DNA of 64,000 nt from Eledone cirrhosa (Eukaryota): NCBI GenBank assembly GCA_964016885.1, contig OZ024745.1:12648001-12712000 (forward strand). Reading direction: 5' to 3'. Of the stretch, positions 23,980 through 39,099 are shown piece by piece; position 1 is the first letter of the stretch, and each line of letters opens with the position of its first letter. Made by a program: the position numbers and the translations under genes. The notes below the pieces were generated by a model. The model had not been told where the DNA came from. It saw only the letters and a list, made by a program, of their open reading frames with translations, and did not search any database.

Positions 23980-24638
23980 ATGGAAGCTGAACATGTCCCT
24001 ACCGGCAAGTAAAGCTTACAGGAACCGGATTAGTACGTTAGTTAAGGAGTGGTTGACTGAAGCGATCGTCAACAGCAGGTGGTGGGTATCTCTAAAGAGA
24101 GAGATTAGATTAGTCTCGATAGAATTTAGTAAGGTTTTAGCTGCGGATAGGAATAGGAAGGAAAGGGAGCTGATAGACAGAGTAGTAGCGGCGACGTGGC
24201 CTCAGAACGGCTTTGAACCAGTTTTTCGACGCGAAGCACAAAGGCTGCGTTTTCCGAAGTAAAATACGTGCTCTAGGAAACGAGGGGACCAAAGCTGTTA
24301 GCTGGGCCCGCGTGACAGAAGCCAAGAGTGGAATTAAATCCACCATCCGGTCTTTGCGAGACCAGGATGGACGAGCGATCCTTGAACCTAAGCAGATGTG
24401 TGAGGCCTTTCAAAGGCACTTTGCCCGATTGTTCAAAAAGGGCGGGGAGCTGGTTGGGGAAGTGGACTTCGGTCCATACCTCGACGGCCTGCCGCGTCTT
24501 TCGGACGAGGAGGCGAAGTCCTGTGAGGAACCGATTTCAGCCGCTGAGATAGAGGATGTGCTGAGCCAATGCGGCAAACGCAAATCCCCGGTCTCGATGG
24601 TCTTCCATACGAACTATATCTAGCTATGCCGGACTTGT
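23980..24638 (+). mobile_element. L1/Tx1-clade LINE ORF2 internal fragment
   Basis: WKLNMSL...WWVSLKREIR...LPRLSDEEAKSCEEPISAAEI...PGLDGLPYELY (linker between endonuclease and RT), frameshifted. Confidence 0.8.
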
Positions 24639-24639
24639 T

Positions 24640-25180
24640 GCCCTTCCTAACACCAACCTCATTTGCAGAGAGTGCTGGGTGCTTTTTTGCCGTGGCACCT
24701 CCACGACCACTTTGCAGTGGAATGATAGGGACCCCAGTCCCTATCATCTCATTTCTTCAGCTGAGTAAACTGGAGCAATGTGAAATAAAGTGTCTTGCTC
24801 AAGGAAACAACACATCACCACGTCTGAGAATTTTTCATGGAGGCACATGGCTTAGTGGTTAGAGCATTGGCCTTGCAATAGAAAGGTTGTGAGTTCAATT
24901 CTCAGACCGGGTGATGTGTTGTTTCCTTGAGCAAGACACTTTATTTCACATTGCTCCAGTTTACTCAGCTGAAGAAATGAGATGATAGGGATTGGGGTCC
25001 CTATCATTCCACTGCAAAGTGGTCATGGAGGTGCCACGGCAAAAAAGCAGCCAGCACTCACAGAAAATGAGGTTGGTGTTAGGAAGGGCATCCAGCTGTA
25101 GAAATCAAGCCAGAATCAGTTCCCGTCCCACCCTTGCAAGCAGGGAAAAGCGAACGTAAAATGAAATGATGATGATGAAA
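24640..25180. mobile_element. Head-to-head pair of family A SINEs (minus 24640-24832; plus 24838-25180)
   Basis: 24640-24832 is the near-exact reverse complement of ~24897-25090. Confidence 0.85.
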
Positions 25181-25219
<39 letters not shown>

Positions 25220-25266
25220 AAGTAAAAGCGAAGTAGTTTCAGATGTTCAAGTCCTTTAATAATAAT

Positions 25267-25340
25267 GGTGTGATATATATTTCAATGACGACACTGGCCA
25301 CACTGTTCTGTGTGCGAGTGTCGTGACATCATCAGACAGC
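25267..25340 (-). ncRNA. Type I hammerhead ribozyme with extended stem II
   Basis: gctgt CTGATGA tgtc-acgacact-cg-cacac-agaaca-gtgtg-gcc-agtgtcgt-catt GAAA tatata TC acacc. Confidence 0.7.
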
Positions 25341-26156
25341 TTGTTACATAATAATGTTATGTTTCCGAGGCAATCTAAGTTAAATCGACATGGGAACGGA
25401 CGAAGTGTGTGCTTTTGGGTTCTTCATCCGTTCCCCTGTGAGTACCAATTCACCCCCACCGGTCTGCGCAGGCGCATGTCCGAAGGAAGTTGACCATTAG
25501 CTACCGCCGATTTCAACGAAATTCGCTTAGTCAGTTCACTCTCTCAGCCAAACAATGACCCATTTAGGCCTGTACCATAGTTTACTGCTACCCGTCCCTT
25601 CTGTGGCAGTCAGCCGAAAGCCAGAGGGGATGGGAGAGTGTTAGTTTTTACAGGTCCCAATACTATACCTCTCACCTTGCATGGGTTTGGACGGGCGTTT
25701 TCCCACTTGAGGCAAGAGTGGTTGTCTTGCTCGCATAGGACTGTCTGGCGGGTTTTCTACGGCTGGATGCCCTTCCTAACACCAACCACGTTTACAGTGT
25801 GGACTGGGAGGTTTTTACCGTGTTACCTACACGGCCACATTACAGCGTGGACTGTGTGTTTTTTGTCGTGACACCTACACGACCTCATTTGTTTCGGACT
25901 GGATGTTGTGGTACCAACATAACTTTACATTGAAAGGGGTGGTGTGGATGGGGTGGGGGTAGTGGGACGGGGTGTATTTTTGTTATATATATATATATAT
26001 AGTGTTAGTAAATTCTGTACCATACAGTTTTGTCAGCACAAGTCTAGGTCACAATTTATGCAAATAAAATTAAAGGAGAATAACTTCAGAATAGACAAGT
26101 TTTATTTAAAACATTTATAACATTGGTGGCACTATTTTGGGTGAGTGATAGGGTCT

Positions 26157-26644
<488 letters not shown>

Positions 26645-26645
<1 letters not shown>

Positions 26646-27305
26646 AGTAGATGTGTGTGTATGTAACACAGTAGATGTGTGTGTGTGTAATCCAGTAGAT
26701 GTGTGTGTGTAATCCAGTAGATGTGTGTGTATGTAACAGTAGATGTGTGTATGCAACTCAGTAGATGTGTGTGTAACACAGTAGATGTGTGTGTGTAACA
26801 CAGTAGATGTGTGTAACACAGATGTGTGTGTATGTATCTCAGATGTGTGTGTAACACAGTAGATGTGTGCATGTACCACAGTAGATGTGTGTATGTAACT
26901 CAGTATATGTGTGTGTATGTAACTCAGTAGATCTGTGTGTATGTAACACAGTAGATGTGTGTGTGTATGTTGCACAGTAGATGTGTGTGTGTATGTTGCA
27001 CAGTAGATGTGTGTGTATGTTGCACAATAGATGTGTGTGTAACACAGTAGATGTGTGTATGTAACACAGTAGATATGTGTATGTAACACAGTAGATATGT
27101 GTGTATGTAACACAGTAGATGTGTGTGTGTATGTTGCACAGTAGATGTGTGTGTGTATGTTGCACAGTAGATGTGTGTGTATGTTGCACAATAGATGTGT
27201 GTGTAACACAGTAGATGTGTGTATGTAACACAGTAGATATGTGTATGTAACACAGTAGATATGTGTGTATGTAACACAGTAGATGTGTGTGTATGTAACT
27301 CACAT
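26645..27305. repeat. Minisatellite, ~20-26-bp unit cacagtagatgtgtgtgtatgtaa
   Basis: About 28 variable copies. Confidence 0.92.
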
Positions 27306-27363
27306 GTAACAGTGGAATCTGCTAAGTTTAAAATATCACGTCAACATTTCAGTTTGGAAGTTT

Positions 27364-27900
27364 TTTTTCTATATATAAAAGTGGAGAAATATATTTTTCC
27401 AATGTTATATATATTTTCACTTGTATATAATTACTGGATCGTTGTAGGGTTCACATAATTATATTATTTACAAACATTAATATAGACATTAAGTAAATCT
27501 TTGTTAACTTACCTCCTTCAGATATAATCAATGTGATTAATGACATTAACGTTGGTGTATCTTCTTTATCTTTAGTCATAAATTGATATCTTGTTAGAAT
27601 GAAGTAGTGAGGCTGACTTTATGTCTTTAGCTACAGATTTGATAGGAAATATATATATATATTAGGTTGATATGTGGTCTAAAATATATATATATATATT
27701 GTCTATAAACGACTGATAGCAGATGTTCTGGTGAAATAGTAGGTTTACTACTACAGATTGTAATGGAACTCTTAGTAGACACAATTGTAAAGTAAGAATA
27801 GATATGACAGTGTAAGACTGATGTCGGGGAGAGAAAATTGTGTGTATATATATATATATAATTGTTACACAAGATATAATTAGATTAATTAAAGTTATAA
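27364..27900 (-). other. Duplicated non-coding block, putative 5' exon/promoter of ZNF unit A
   Basis: Near-identical to 47424-48264; minus-strand donor GAG|gtaagt at 27513/27512. Confidence 0.55.
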
Positions 27901-27902
27901 TT

Positions 27903-28090
27903 ATTTCTACTATTGGCACAAGGCCAGCAATTACCCAGTACATTACTGGTACTTTATTTTATCGACCCCGTAAGGATGAAAGGCAAAGTTAACCTCGGCA
28001 GGATTTGAACTCAGACCATAAAGGGCCGTAACTCTTTGCTGCAAAGCATGGCGTCCGACCCTCTACCGATACTGCCAATCCACCGCCCTT
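27903..28090 (-). mobile_element. tRNA-derived SINE, family B, full length
   Basis: Reverse complement of the 23790-23975 type. Confidence 0.85.
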
Positions 28091-28169
28091 AAATAATTGT
28101 TTCTACTTTTTGGCACAAGGCCAGCAATTTACCAGTGCATTACTGGTACTTTATTTTCCATCAATTTCA

Positions 28170-28690
28170 AGCGGTCAACCTTTTACACAGCATCTCTACC
28201 TTCATACACATCACATGTCCATACCACAGCAATCTTCTCTCCTGCATAATGTATCTTATCCCTCTTATGCCCAGGTTCTCTCTCAGTTTATTTACACTTT
28301 GTTCTTCATGTATATTAATATTACACATCCATTGGAGAATTCAAGCTTCATTTCTATCCAATCTTCGGAGGTCCTCTGCACACACACCGCCCACATCTCA
28401 CTGCAATGCAGCATTGCTGTTCATATGCAGACATCACTTTGATGAAACAACCTTTTGTAGCTAGCAGCAGTAGTAGCAACCTAAACCTTTGCCATCTTGT
28501 TCTTACTCTGGTTACTGTACTTTCAGAACACCTACCTCCACTGCATATTTGGTCACCTAGGTAACAGAAACTGTCAACTGCTTCTATGGAATCTTTTAAA
28601 TATTTGATAGAGCTTGTTTCCTAAAAGCGATTGCTTCTTACTGCTCCAGTGCAATGACCCCATGTAAAATCTACTTTCTTAGCTAACTCA
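28170..28690 (-). mobile_element. Decayed RTE 3' fragment
   Basis: The minus strand resembles FCYLGD..SGG..SES, LLWYGHVM. Confidence 0.7.
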
Positions 28691-28829
28691 CCTTGGGCAT
28701 GCTGACATATATTAAAAGGAAGTTCTTTCCTCCAACAATTTTCACCCCAAACAGACGAGTTTCATATTGTCAAAAAGGGAGGTAAATCTTTAGTGGTGGA
28801 ATTGTCAGACTTAATTATATATGTAATTA

Positions 28830-29465
28830 GATACACATAGAAGTGGTTGATAGCTTTTGCAATCTAGGTGACTTAATTAGCAGTGGAGTGGGCTGCTCTG
28901 AAAGATGAATAGCTAGAATAAGGATAGGATGGAAAAAGTTTAGAGAGCTACTGCAACAGTTGACCACAAAAGGTTTCTCTCTGTATAAAAGGAGGACTGT
29001 ATGACACATGTGGGTGATGTGCAATGATGCATGGTAACGAAACAAGGGCTGTGATGGCAGAGGATATGTAGACTGGAGAGAAATGCAACAACCATGCTTT
29101 GTAGGATATGTTGTGTAAGTGTGAGAGAAAGGCAGAGCTTGGACAAGTTCAAGAAGAAGCTGGGTTTAAGAGTGATCCGAAGTGGTGTGTAAGAGAGAAG
29201 ACTGTGTTTGTACGGACATGTGATGCACATGGATAATGACTACTGGGTGAAGAAGTGCCAGGAAATCCCAGTGGAAGGAAGCCATAGTAGAGGTAGACCA
29301 AGAAAGACCTGGACAGAGGCTGTGTGAACTGACTTCTAATCACTGACTCTCACAGAGGAGATGACAAAGGAACACGACGAGTTCAAAGATGCCATGTTGA
29401 GAAGGACCTGTGCAACCCAAGCAAGCATGGAAAAATGGACATAAAAACAGTGATGATATTGATGA
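28830..29465 (+). mobile_element. Decayed RTE 3' fragment with tail
   Basis: IEVVDSFCNLGDLISSGVGCSE...RIRIGWKKFRELL...GRPRKTW, ending in a (gat)n-like tail. Confidence 0.75.
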
Positions 29466-29749
29466 AAATGACGTACATATACACACATACATACACAAAT
29501 AAATCAAACACAGATATGCACATACTTATATACAAACATATACATGAACACAAATTTTTACACACATACATTCACATATATATATAACGTATGTAAATTC
29601 TGAACAATACAGTTTTGTCAGCACAAGTCTTGGTTACAACTTCTACAAATAAAATGAAAGGAGAAGAATTTCGTAGTAAAACAGTTTTATTCAAAATATT
29701 AACATTGGTGGCACTATTTTGGGTGAGTGATATGGTTTTTATCTTGTCT

Positions 29750-30494
29750 CATTGTGTTGCATTAAGTAATCTTTACAAGAGAACGATTTATCACAGACAT
29801 CACAGTGATATAGTTCCTCTCCTGTAGATGTTAGTGTGTAGTGAAGCCACAACATTTAGACAATGATTTACCACAGACATCACAGTGATATGGTTCCTCT
29901 CCTGTATATGTTAGTGTCTAGTGAAGCTACAACATTCAGAGAAGCATTTACCACAGACATCACAGTGATATGGTTCCTCTCCTGTATGTATATGTTAGTG
30001 TCTAGTGAAGCCACAACATTTAGAGAATGATTTACCAAATATATCAAAGTGATATGGCTTCCCAACTGTATGTTTGTGTGTAGTTAATGTAACATTGAAA
30101 GAGAATGATTTCCTTCAGATGTTACAATGATAAGTATTTGTATTCTCATTAATTCACAATTTTGAGGGAATGATTATCACTGATGTCATGATGCGATATG
30201 ATTTCTCCTCTGCATGTATAAGTTTGTGAGTAGTTATGCTACTTTTCCCAGAGAATGATTTACCACAGATCTCACAGTGATATGATTTCTCTCCAGAATG
30301 GGTACGTTTGTGACTAGTTAAACTACCCAATTGAGAGAAGGATTTACTACAGATATCACAGTGATATGGCTTGTCTCCTGTATGTATATGTTTGCGTTGT
30401 AGTTAAGCTACTACTTTGAGAGAATGATTAACCACAGATATCACAGTGATATGGTGTGCCTCCTGTATGTATACGTTTATGGCTAGTTAAGGAA
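29750..30494 (-). pseudogene. Out-of-frame degenerate C2H2 fingers downstream of the ZNF ORF
   Basis: Repeated gagaatgatttaccacagatatcacagtgatatgg units with indels. Confidence 0.8.
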
Positions 30495-31178
<684 letters not shown>

Positions 31179-31719
31179 TCAACTGTGATTTCATTTAATA
31201 TCTGAAGATAATACAAACTTATATTTCATCCAAGTTTAGTTAAAATACAAAATCATCTCATAGTGAAGAAAATAAACTCAGTTTTGAGGAAATACTTCAC
31301 AGTAATTCAATGACAGATTTATATAAACGGTGTTATATGAGTTCTGTATAAAACGTTTTAGTCTTCAAATGATTTTAAATAGAGGTGATGTATCCAAGAT
31401 TGAAAATAATAATTTATCCCAATGTCATCTGATATTCTGAAATAAGAAAGAAACAGTATGAGATAATAGAGAATACTTAAAAAGCAGAGATAGATTTAAC
31501 AGTGGAAATTTTATATTTCTATATTGGTAAACTGTAGATATCAACTTTCCTGTCCAGAGCAATTCTCTCCAATGTAAGCAGTGGTATTTCAGCATGCTAT
31601 ATAAATGTTATCCTTCTATCTCTTCAGAGGTCTGCTCTATGGCAGTTTAGCATAAAATTCATTCTTATAGGACTTATAAGAAAGAAACAGTATGAGATAA
31701 TAGAGAATACTTAAAATAC

Positions 31720-34700
31720 AGGGAGGATCCCAGACCAAAAAAAGAGACATCATAATGCTATGATGGATGGAATCTGGGAGATGGTCCAGCTAAAATCCTG
31801 GTCCTTTCAGTGCCTGGCCTGTGTGCCTGCCTCCACTAATGTTATTGAAAAACAACAACAACAACAAAAACCAATGACTGTATCTTCCTCTACCATTGTT
31901 ACTGAACAATGGCAAAAACCTATGACACTAGCTTCTACTGCTATTCCTGTGGGAGAACATCAGAAACAACAACAACCCATGTCTTCCGCTCCCAGTACAT
32001 CTCGACACAAACAACCTGCGCTGTGTCTTCCCCTATCATTCCTGTGGAGGAACATCATCATCACCAACAACAACAACAACAGCAACAACCTGCGACTGTG
32101 TCTTCCCCTACCATTCCCGTGGAGGAACATCATCATCACCAACAACAACAATAGCAACAGCAACAGCAGCAACAACAACAACAACAACCGACCAGTACAG
32201 ATTTTGCAGAATTGCAACTAATGATTTCTGCTTTAAGAAGGGAAGTACCAGGAATAAAGGCAAGCATTCAGGTAGGACCCCACAATGAGGGGTCTTATCG
32301 GAATGCCTTGCTAAAGAATCTCCCTGTACCTCTTGCCGTATCTGGCCACACTGAAAAGACTGCGGAATCTGCTACCCATGAAGTAATTGCCATTGGGGTA
32401 CCAGAGGACAAGGCTGATCTTCAGGCATTTGCTGCCAGCTCAGCCAAAGACCTAGGCTGTGTTCCCCCAAAGGGTGCTCTCCGCCTTGGTTGACGTGGTC
32501 CAAAACCCAGACTCATCAGGCTGTCTTTTTCGGACCCCGCTGAGGCAACCTCATACCATCTGGCCTCTGTTAAAGCTGGGCGTGAAAATCGGATTACCTT
32601 CCGAACACGCCCAGGCCTACCACCCCATGTACGTCCAAAGCTCCGTGCTGCAGCTTCCTTGAATCGGAACTCAGCACAACATGAAAGTTTTAGTCTGCGT
32701 GATGATGGGCAGATCTGGAGGTTTGTCAAGGCTGGTGAAACGTGGAAGAGAGATACCAGCTGGTCTGAGTGTGATCTACCCACAATAACTGGCTATGTAA
32801 AAACTGCTACAACTCTGAGAAACTAAACCAGAACAACCTGCCACCCTCTACACACCATCATAAACTGCGAGCAGGGTACAAATTGTTGTCCTTAAATGCT
32901 CGCAGTTTATGCAACAAGATACATCTGTTTGAATCCTACGTCAGAAGCATCGACCCTGACTTCATCACAGTCACAGAAACATGGGCACATTCCTTACTCT
33001 GTGATGGGGTTTTCAGCATTACTGGATACAACCTTTTCAGCAAGGACCGCATTAATCGCCGTGGTGGTGGTGTGATGGTCTACGTTCGTTCAAACTTTTC
33101 GGTAATTCCTTGCGTTGATTTGAACGAATCACAGGAAGAAGTTTTTTTCTGTGACATATGTATGACCATGTCATCACTTCTGCTTGGTGTTGTTTATCGC
33201 CCCCCCAAACTACCATCAGGACACACAGCTTTGCGATATCCTCAGAGTTGCTGCCAAGAAACAGCCACTTATGTGTTTATTGCAGGTGACTTCAATCATC
33301 CTGAGATCGATTGGGAAACTTTTCGTTGGCCACAAGGTGCAAACGATTTCCTTGAACTAGTGCTGGACTCAAACTGGTCACCTCTCCAACAAGAGGTGAC
33401 AACACTTTGGACCTGATCTTCACCACTACTCCTGAAGTGGTTATCAGTTGTACTACTGAGGAACCTCTAGGCGACTCTGATCATGCTATGATCATTGCCA
33501 ATCTGGCACTTGAGGGCAGCAACAAAAACCAGAGCCATCTCCAATCTGCTTGCTTTGATTGGAAGAGGGCGGATTGGAACTTGTACTGCACTGAGCTACA
33601 GCGCCCAAACTGGCATGAGATGTATAACTCTGGAGATGTGAACACTATACTCCAGAGCATCCTGGACTCAATATGGATAGCGTGTGCAGCATCGGTGCCA
33701 TGTAAGCGGAAAAATAACCACCCCAAAAGTGCAATTTGGGAAACTTCAGCGGTCCGACTTGCCAGGAAAGAACGTCGGAACGCTGAACGGGAATATAAAC
33801 TGCATAAATCAGATGCCAACAGAAAAAAGCGGAATAAATCTTCTAACCATCTCAAGCAAGTGACAAAGAAGGCAGTGCTTGAATTTGAACAGTGCATAGC
33901 AACCAATCCTGACGGTAAGGTGTTCTGGAAATATGTTCATTCAAAGCAGAGACCTCACTCTCCAGTTGGTCCTCTTCGCAATCCCCACACAAGCCAGATC
34001 ACTGACGATCCCAAAGAATGCGCAGAACTCATTGCTGAGTGCTATGCAAGTATTTTTACTGTTGAAAACCAGAATGTACCATCTCCACCATCTCTAACAT
34101 CAAATTCCATAACAACTATGGAATTTACACCTGCAATATTGCGACGTCACCTTAAGAATAAGCGCAACTATGCCTCCCCTGGTCTTGATGGTGTGACATA
34201 CCTGCTTCTCAAACGTGGCGGGTATTTCCTTTTGCGCCAGCTTTCTTTCAATACTGTCTCAACAATGGTGCTACTCCGGAGCAGTGGAAAACTGCCAGTG
34301 TCATTCGCCTGTTCAAAAAGGGCAACCGCATGTCACCTGTCAACTATCGTGCAGTCAGTCTTACTAGCTGTATGGCCAAACTGATGGAATCCTGTGTCAG
34401 AGAAACACTTTTGAACTTCTGGAGCTCTCACAGCCTCATCCGGCCCTCACAGTTTGGATTTATCCCTAACTCCAGCTGCTGTGATCAGCTTATCGAGTTC
34501 CTTGAAGACATCACTCAGATCACTGACAGCGGCTCATGGGTGGATGTTGTTTACCTTGACTTTGCTAAGGCTTTTAATTCTGTGCCACACAAAAGACTTA
34601 TGGCAAAACTCTCTGCAATGGGTGTGAGGGATGATCTTTTCGACTGGTTGAAATCCTTCATTCTCAGCCGAAAGAAGTAGTCACGGTTCTAGGACAGCAT

Positions 34701-35917
34701 TCTTCACCATATGAGATGTCATCTGGTGTACCACAGGGATCTGTTCTTGGTCCCCTTTTGTTTGTGGCATATATTAATGACATAGATGCCAACTTACAGA
34801 ATGCCACGGTACTGAAATATGCAGATGACATCAAGCTGTACCTTGAAATCAAAAGGACTGATCCTGAAATTTACAACTCTTTCCTACAATCAGACCTGGA
34901 CACAATGCAGCAATGGATCACAGACTGGCAACTGAAGCTGGCTGTGGACAAGTGTACCACCATGCATTTTGGAAGGAAAAATCCAGCGTCCACATACTCC
35001 CTCCACAACACTGATATCAAGAAGTCCTCTTGTGAACGTGACCTGGGCATTACTGTCAGCAGCGATTTGTGTTGGACAAAGCATGTCTCTAAGATTGTCA
35101 AGAAGGCCGAGGGTGTCTTGGCATCACTCAGCAAGACCTTTGTTAGCCGCTCTCCAGCCATCTATTTAAAACTGTATGCAGCTATGGTACGACCACACTT
35201 GGAATTCGCATCATCAGTCTGGAACCCTTATCTTGCTCAGAACATTGACCTCCTGGAAACTGTTCAGAGACGTGCAACCAAGCGCATACCCTCCATCAGA
35301 CACCTACCATACTCTGAACGCCTTACTTCTCTGGGCATGGATTCATTGAAGCTCCGACGTCTGGCAATGGACTTGGTGAATACCCACAAAGTTATTAACC
35401 ATCTCGCCAATTGCAACTCTGAGCACCTTTTTGATCTCCATGTGTCTAACACACGAGGACATGCCTACAAGATCAGAAAACAGCACAGCTCCCATGACTT
35501 TCGTAGACATTTTTTCACGCTCGGAGTTGCTGAAGCATGGAACAAACTGCCTGCGTCAGTTGTTAGCTGCCGAGACACTGCATCCTTTAAGACACTCATG
35601 CTTCCCGAAATACGCCAAGGCTACACCTGATGTACCCCTTCCATACACATGCACACATGTGTGTATCATGACTCGTGCACTGTTCATTTTACTGATGTTT
35701 GTGCATTGCCCTATGTACTGTACATGCACTTTTTGATGAGCTGTGGTGCACCTGGGCACTGTACACAATATTTCATTATTATTATTATTATATCATGACT
35801 CATACACTGTTCATTTTCCTGACATTTGTACATTATTCTATGTACTATACATGCACCTTTGATGAGTTGTAGTGCACCTGAGCACTGTACACAATAATTT
35901 CATTATTATATTATTAT
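31720..35917 (+). mobile_element. Near-full-length CR1-clade LINE (frameshifted), with 3' UTR duplicated in tandem
   Basis: APE domain (LSLNARSL, VTETW, VYRPP, GDFNHP, SDH); RT (YLDFAKAF, GVPQGSVLGPLLF, KYADD); CR1-type C-terminus (VQRRATK, NTRGH, WNKLP); (ATT)n tail at ~35775 and again at ~35905. Confidence 0.9.
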
Positions 35918-36825
35918 AACGGAGCCATCCATTTCCACACTGTAAACGTGAAGGCACATGGCTTAGTGGTGAGTTCAATTCTCGGACCGGGTGATGTGTT
36001 GTTTCCTTGAGCAAGACACTTTATTTCACGTTGCTCCAGTTTACTCAACTGTAGAAATGAGATGATAGGACTGGGGTCCCTATCATTAAATTACCCAAGA
36101 CACCTCCAACGAGATATACCTTGGAGGAGACCAGCTAAACCTGCATAGGTGTGAGCTGTCACACACACACAATGTAAACGTGGTTGGTGTCAGGAAGGGC
36201 ATCCAGCTGTAAAATACCCAGCCAAATTTACAGTCTCACCGGAGAAGATACGACACATGGCGAACCATGGCCAAACTTGCCTCCTGGCATGGACAACCTG
36301 TCTAACCCATGCAAAAATGGAAAAATGGATGCTAAATGGTGATGATACATATATATATATATATATATCCCTCCCACATCCCAGCACACACTGGATGTGT
36401 AAAAGACACACCAAAAAACACCCGGCCTACACTGGACTTGTAAAAGACACAGCAAAAAGCACCCAGCCTACACTGTAAATGTGGTTGGCATTAGGATGGG
36501 CATCCAGCAGTAGAAAAGCAGCCAGAAACACCCCTATATGAGCGAGACACGGTCACCAGACCCAATTTGCGTCTAAATGGGACCTGGCTAATCCATGCTA
36601 GCGTGGAAGATGGATGTTAATCGATGATGATGATGATGATATATAATAAAATGTTGTAGTTTGTTTGAAGCATTCTATATAATATATAACGTTGAAAGAA
36701 TGCAAAATGGACTGTAAGATGAGGGAAGGAAAAGTAAAAGTTACCTGGTAACTTTTGTTTCATTTTTTTTTTTTCTTTTTTTATCTGTCCAATATTTTGG
36801 GACCTAAAAGTCCCTTCCTTGGTGT

Positions 36826-37752
36826 TTAACACATTAGCATTTACATTACTCTATATATACTATTGTATTTTCATGGTAAAGGCTTTACCTCACATAACAT
36901 TTACATTACTCTATATTTACTATTATATTTCCATGGTAAAGTATTTACCTTACATAGCATTTAGATTACTCTATATATACTATTATATTTCCATGGTAAA
37001 GTCTTTATAACATTTACATTACTCTATATACACTATTATATTTTCACAGTAAAGCCTTTACCTCACATAATATCTCACATAACATTTAGATTACTCTATA
37101 TATACTATTATATTTCCATGGTAAAGTCTTTACCTCACATAACATTTACATTACTCTATATACACTATTATATTTTCACAGTAAAGCCTTTACCTCACAT
37201 AATATCTCACATAACATTTAGATTACTCTATATATACTATTATATTTCCATGGTAAAGTCTTTACCTCACATAACATTTACATTACTGTATATACACTAT
37301 TATATTTTCACAGTAAAGTCTTTACCTCACATAATATCTCACATAACATTTACATTACTCTATATATACTATTATATTTCCATGGTAAAGTCTTTACCTC
37401 ACATAACATTTACATTACTCTATATACACTATTATATTTTCACAGTAAAGTCTTTACCTCACATAATATCTCACATAACATTTACATTACTCTATATATA
37501 CTATTGTATTTTCACAGTAAAGTCTTTACCTCACATAACATTTACATTAATTTATATATATACTATTATATTTCCATGGTAAAGCCTTTACCTCACATAT
37601 GTCACAATATCGAATCTATGAGATTTTGATATTATTTATATTGAGAACAATATCTTTAATATCAATAAGAGTGGCCAGTTACAGCCAGTTTGAACAGAAA
37701 AAGGGGACAGAATTCTGGCCAGTTATGACCAGTTTAAATGTTAAAGGGTTAA
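36826..37752. mobile_element. Probable piggyBac-type MITE containing a 60/72-bp minisatellite
   Basis: TTAA-cacattagcattta...taaatgttaaaggg-TTAA (imperfect TIR, 12/16 match); about 12 units of taacatttacattactctatatatactattatatttccatggtaaagtctttacctcaca. Confidence 0.55.
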
Positions 37753-39099
37753 GCAACTTTCAGTGGATAATGTTCCAATTTCCTCTCTTTGGGATTAAAT
37801 TTTGCTTTTGATTAAAATTTTTTCTAAATCATTTTCAAGCATTTTATAAAACTGATGGAAGCTGTGGAGTAAGAAGACATAGGATGAGGTGATAAAAGCT
37901 GACCTCACATGTTTGATGGAAGCTATGAAGTAGGAAGACCTAATTTGAGGTTATAAAAGCTGACCTCACACAATTGTTCTTCTCAAATACAATGACACAG
38001 GATCGAGATCTTTGGTGTTATACAGTAATATAGAAGACCAGCCTTCCCTAGCATTGGTATCAATGACTCCAGCATGGACATCAATACACATCTATATATA
38101 CACACCTAACATATAAAAGACCCCCATCAGTCACGAATGACCATGTGATTTGCAACTAGAAAGTTCCCCTCTGAGGCACAAGTCTGGTTGTTTGAGGAAG
38201 ATCAGCAGTCACCCAAGTATACCAGTCTACCCTCTCCACGCCACTGATGTTGTCCAAGGGAAAGATAATGGCTGATACAGCTTGGCAGCAGTGACATCAC
38301 AACATACACTATATATATTATATATACACTGTGTACAGTATATATACACTATATATATATTATATATACAGTGTACAATATATATATACACTATATATGA
38401 TGTCCAAGAGAAAGGTAATGGCTGTTGTAGCTTGGCACCAGTGACATCACAACATATAAATACACTATATATATATTATATATACACTTCGGTTCATTCA
38501 TCTATATATCTTACAGTCCCCCAGAATCAAAAATTGTATTCATAATTGTCTTTCTATAATTCTGTCTCACTGTTGTTCTAAAAAATAAGTCTGCTCCTCG
38601 GTTCTTTCATCTATATATCTTACAATCCCCCAGTATCAAAAACCGTATTCATAATTGTCTTTCTAAAAATCTTCCCCACATTGTGCTAAATAATATTCCT
38701 GCAACCATTTTGGCCGAAAAATTTTGCCAGGTTTTATTGGGATGGCCTCTCTCTCTCGGCCTGCTGAAATCGCCTCTCACCCTCTAACCCTCTCACTCTC
38801 ACTATCATATACGCTGCTCTCTCACTCCCTGCCAACCAAATATAAATAAGTCTTGTTACGGGGGACTAAACTCAGAATTTGTCAACTATTATTGATGGTC
38901 GCTCGCTCGTTCAGTCTACTTCTAAGAAATGTAACGTACATATCTCATTTTCTTCTCAACTCTCCACCCAACCCTTCGGTTCATTCATCTATATATCTTA
39001 CAGTCCCCCAGAATCAAAAATCGTATTCATAATTGTCTTTCTATAATTCTGTCTCACTGTTGTTCTAAAAAATAAGTCTGCTCCTCGCGAACTACCCAA

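Noticed and set aside
31760-32221. PolyQ/polyN host gene
   Set aside because: (CAA)n-rich segment in the 5'/ORF1 region of the CR1 element, frameshifted.
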